The translations under genes and the position numbers were made by a program. The notes below the pieces were generated by a model, which searched no databases, was not told where the DNA came from, and was given only the letters and a program-made list of their open reading frames with translations. Shown here in pieces: positions 61,801 through 64,000 of a stretch of DNA of 64,000 bases. Position 1 is the stretch's first letter, and every line of letters begins with the position of its first letter. The DNA comes from Ranitomeya imitator (Eukaryota), in the NCBI RefSeq assembly GCF_032444005.1, contig NC_091286.1, positions 355,446,001 to 355,510,000 of the forward strand, written 5' to 3'.

Positions 61801-62457
61801 CACGCATAACTAAAATGATGAACGATGACGATTACTGGTTGGCCTGCCTCCTTGATCCTCGCTATAAAGGCAAATTGCAAAATATAATGCCACATGAGAA
61901 CTTGGAACTAATATTAGCAACCAAACAATCAACTCTTGTTGACCGTTTGCTTCTGGCATTACCTGCACACAGCGCCCGTGATCGTTCTCACACGAGCTGC
62001 AGGGGCCAGCAGACCAGAGGAGTTAGAGGGGCAGAAATCAGAAGTGGCGTTGGCCAGAGGTGTTTTTCTGACCAGGTTGTGGAGTGATTTTGCTATGACC
62101 GCAGACAGGACAGGTACTGCAGCATCAATTCAAAGTGACAGGAGACAACATTTGTCCAGTATGGTTACAAACTATTTTTCATCCCGTATCGATGTTCTCC
62201 CTCAACCGTCATTCCCATTTGATTACTGGTCATCAAAATTAGACACCTGGCCAGAATTGGCAGAATATGCATTGCAGGAGCTTGCTTGCCCGGCAGCTAG
62301 TGTCCTATCAGAAAGAGTATTCAGTGCTGCAGGTTCAATACTAACAGAAAAAAGGACTCGTCTGGCTACCCAAAATGTAGATGATCTAACCTTCATTAAA
62401 ATGAACCACAACTGGATTTCGAAATCTTTTGCCCCATCTTGCCCGGCCGACACCTAG
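58887..62457 (+). CDS. hAT transposase, ~1189 aa if a single +1 frameshift near 62063-62067 is corrected
   Basis: BED finger (VWYFF...CQKC...HRHLTTMH), LTTDAW, VSDNG, CLAH and RWNST in ORF 58887-62087. Dimerisation domain with SERVFS...FIKMN in the overlapping ORF ending 62457. Confidence 0.9.
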
Positions 62458-62899
62458 CTTTCCTATGAAAAGGTCTTGCCTGTGGACTATTCTGAATGCC
62501 TTTTCCAATCTCGTAATTTTCTGCACCTGATTGTCCAGCATACGACATGTTTACACCTCACTAAATGGCCAAACTCCCCACACGGGGCCGTGGTATCGAC
62601 ACTTGGCGACAGCACCCGTGAGAGTGCTGTTTGTCTGAAGAGGTGGGTGTGCCCGCTTTTGGTAGACGGCACTGCCACTGGGTCCCTCCTAGTACAATAA
62701 AGTGTCTCTGGCGGTGGTGGTGCGCACCCAACGTCAGACACACCGTTGTAATATGAGGGGCCCTGGGCCTGTACCGCCGGCCACAAGACAGTTCCCCCCC
62801 CAGCTCAAACAGTGCTCTACCACTTGCAAAATTATCTCACAGCTCCACCAATGTTTAGTCTATGCGCTGACATCCTTCAATGCCTGCCACTGACAATAC

Positions 62900-64000
62900 C
62901 ATTGTATTGACATTTTTGTTATGTTAGGCCTTCGAAGCCTGTCTGCGGTCACTCATTCCACTATGCCTCCACTGACCACACCACTGCTGCCCGTGTACCC
63001 CTGGAACCAATTTAAAATTGCCTACAGCCAGCCCAATTTTTTTATTTTAGGCCTTCGATGCCTGTCTGCGGTCCATTCTTTCCACTACTACTACACTGAC
63101 CAGGCCACTGCTGCCCGTGCACCCCTGGAACCAATTTAAAATTGCCTACAGCCATGTGTTATTATTTTAGGCCTTCGATGCCTGTCTGCGGTCACTCCTT
63201 CCACTATGCCTCCACTGACCACACCACTGCTGCCCGTGTACCCCTGGAACCAATTTAAAATTGCCTACAGCCAGCCCAATTTTTTTATTTTAGGCCTTCG
63301 ATGCCTGTTTGCGGTCACTCCTTCCACTAGGCCTCCACTGACCACACCACTGCTGCCCGTGTACCCCTGGAACCAATTTAAAATTGCCTACAGCCATGTG
63401 TTATTATTTTAGGCCTTCGATGCCTGTCTGCGGTCACTCCTTACAATATGCCTCCACTGACCACACCACTGCTGCCCGTGTACCCCTGGAACCAATTTAA
63501 AATTGCCTACAGCCAGCCCAATTTTTTTATTTTAGGCCTTCGATGCCTGTCTGCGGTCCATTCTTTCCACTACTACTACACTGACCAGGCCACTGCTGCC
63601 CGTGTACCCCTGGAACCAATTTAAAATTGCCTACAGCCAGCCCAATTTTTTTATTTTAGGCCTTCGATGCCTGTTTGCGGTCACTCCTTCCACTAGGCCT
63701 CCACTGACCACACCACTGCTGCCCGTGTACCCCTGGAACCAATTTAAAATTGCCTACAGCCAGCCCAATTTTTTTATTCTAGGCCTTCGATGCCTGTCTG
63801 CGGTACATTCTTTCCACTACTACTACACTGACCAGGCCACTGCTGCCCGTGTACCCCTGGAACCAATTTAAAATTGCCTACAGCCATGTGTTATTATTTT
63901 AGGCCTTCGATGCCTGTTTGCGGTCACTCCTTCCACTAGGCCTCCACTGACCACACCACTGCTGCCCGTGTACCCCTGGAACCAATTTAAAATTGCCTAC
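62900..64000. repeat. ~120-124-bp tandem array (at least 9 units) downstream of the hAT transposase
   Basis: ggccttcga at 62927, 63050, 63170, 63293, 63412, 63535, 63659, 63782 and 63902. Confidence 0.95.

Larger units (their letters stand above)
54916..64000 (+). mobile_element. Large hAT (BED-finger) transposon; right end lies beyond the window
   Basis: Left terminus TAGGGTTGAGCG, subterminal CpG-rich motifs, long arrays and a transposase gene. Confidence 0.88.

Overview
Eukaryotic, almost entirely transposon-derived DNA. The mix of element families suggests an anuran amphibian (inference). I found no supportable host gene, rRNA, tRNA or CRISPR array. From left to right: a Penelope-like (PLE) fold-back with a GIY-YIG tail and degenerate hammerhead ribozymes; a 4.9-kb TTAA-flanked piggyBac-like non-autonomous element carrying a ~385-bp satellite, telomere-like repeats and Harbinger-type MITEs; a near-identical tandem duplication whose first unit is exactly 10,000 bp (7789-17788 / 17789-27789) and contains a minus-strand chromodomain Gypsy with a palindromic PLE-derived insert in pol; an AT-rich stretch with MITEs, a solo LTR and Tc1/hAT/PLE relics; a near-intact plus-strand chromodomain Gypsy (45892-51623); an intact DD34E Tc1 (52878-54483); and a large BED-finger hAT element (54916 to window end) with one frameshift and satellite arrays on both sides of the transposase. 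The most informative signals are these. Both unrelated Gypsy elements lack a tRNA primer site and instead have a PBS complementary to an LTR segment ~30 nt downstream of a TATA-like motif (Tf1-type self-priming signature). Three different PLE-type termini carry minimal hammerhead motifs with 4-nt stem III loops inside hairpins. The exact 10-kb duplication may be an assembly artefact. All alignments and counts were made by eye.
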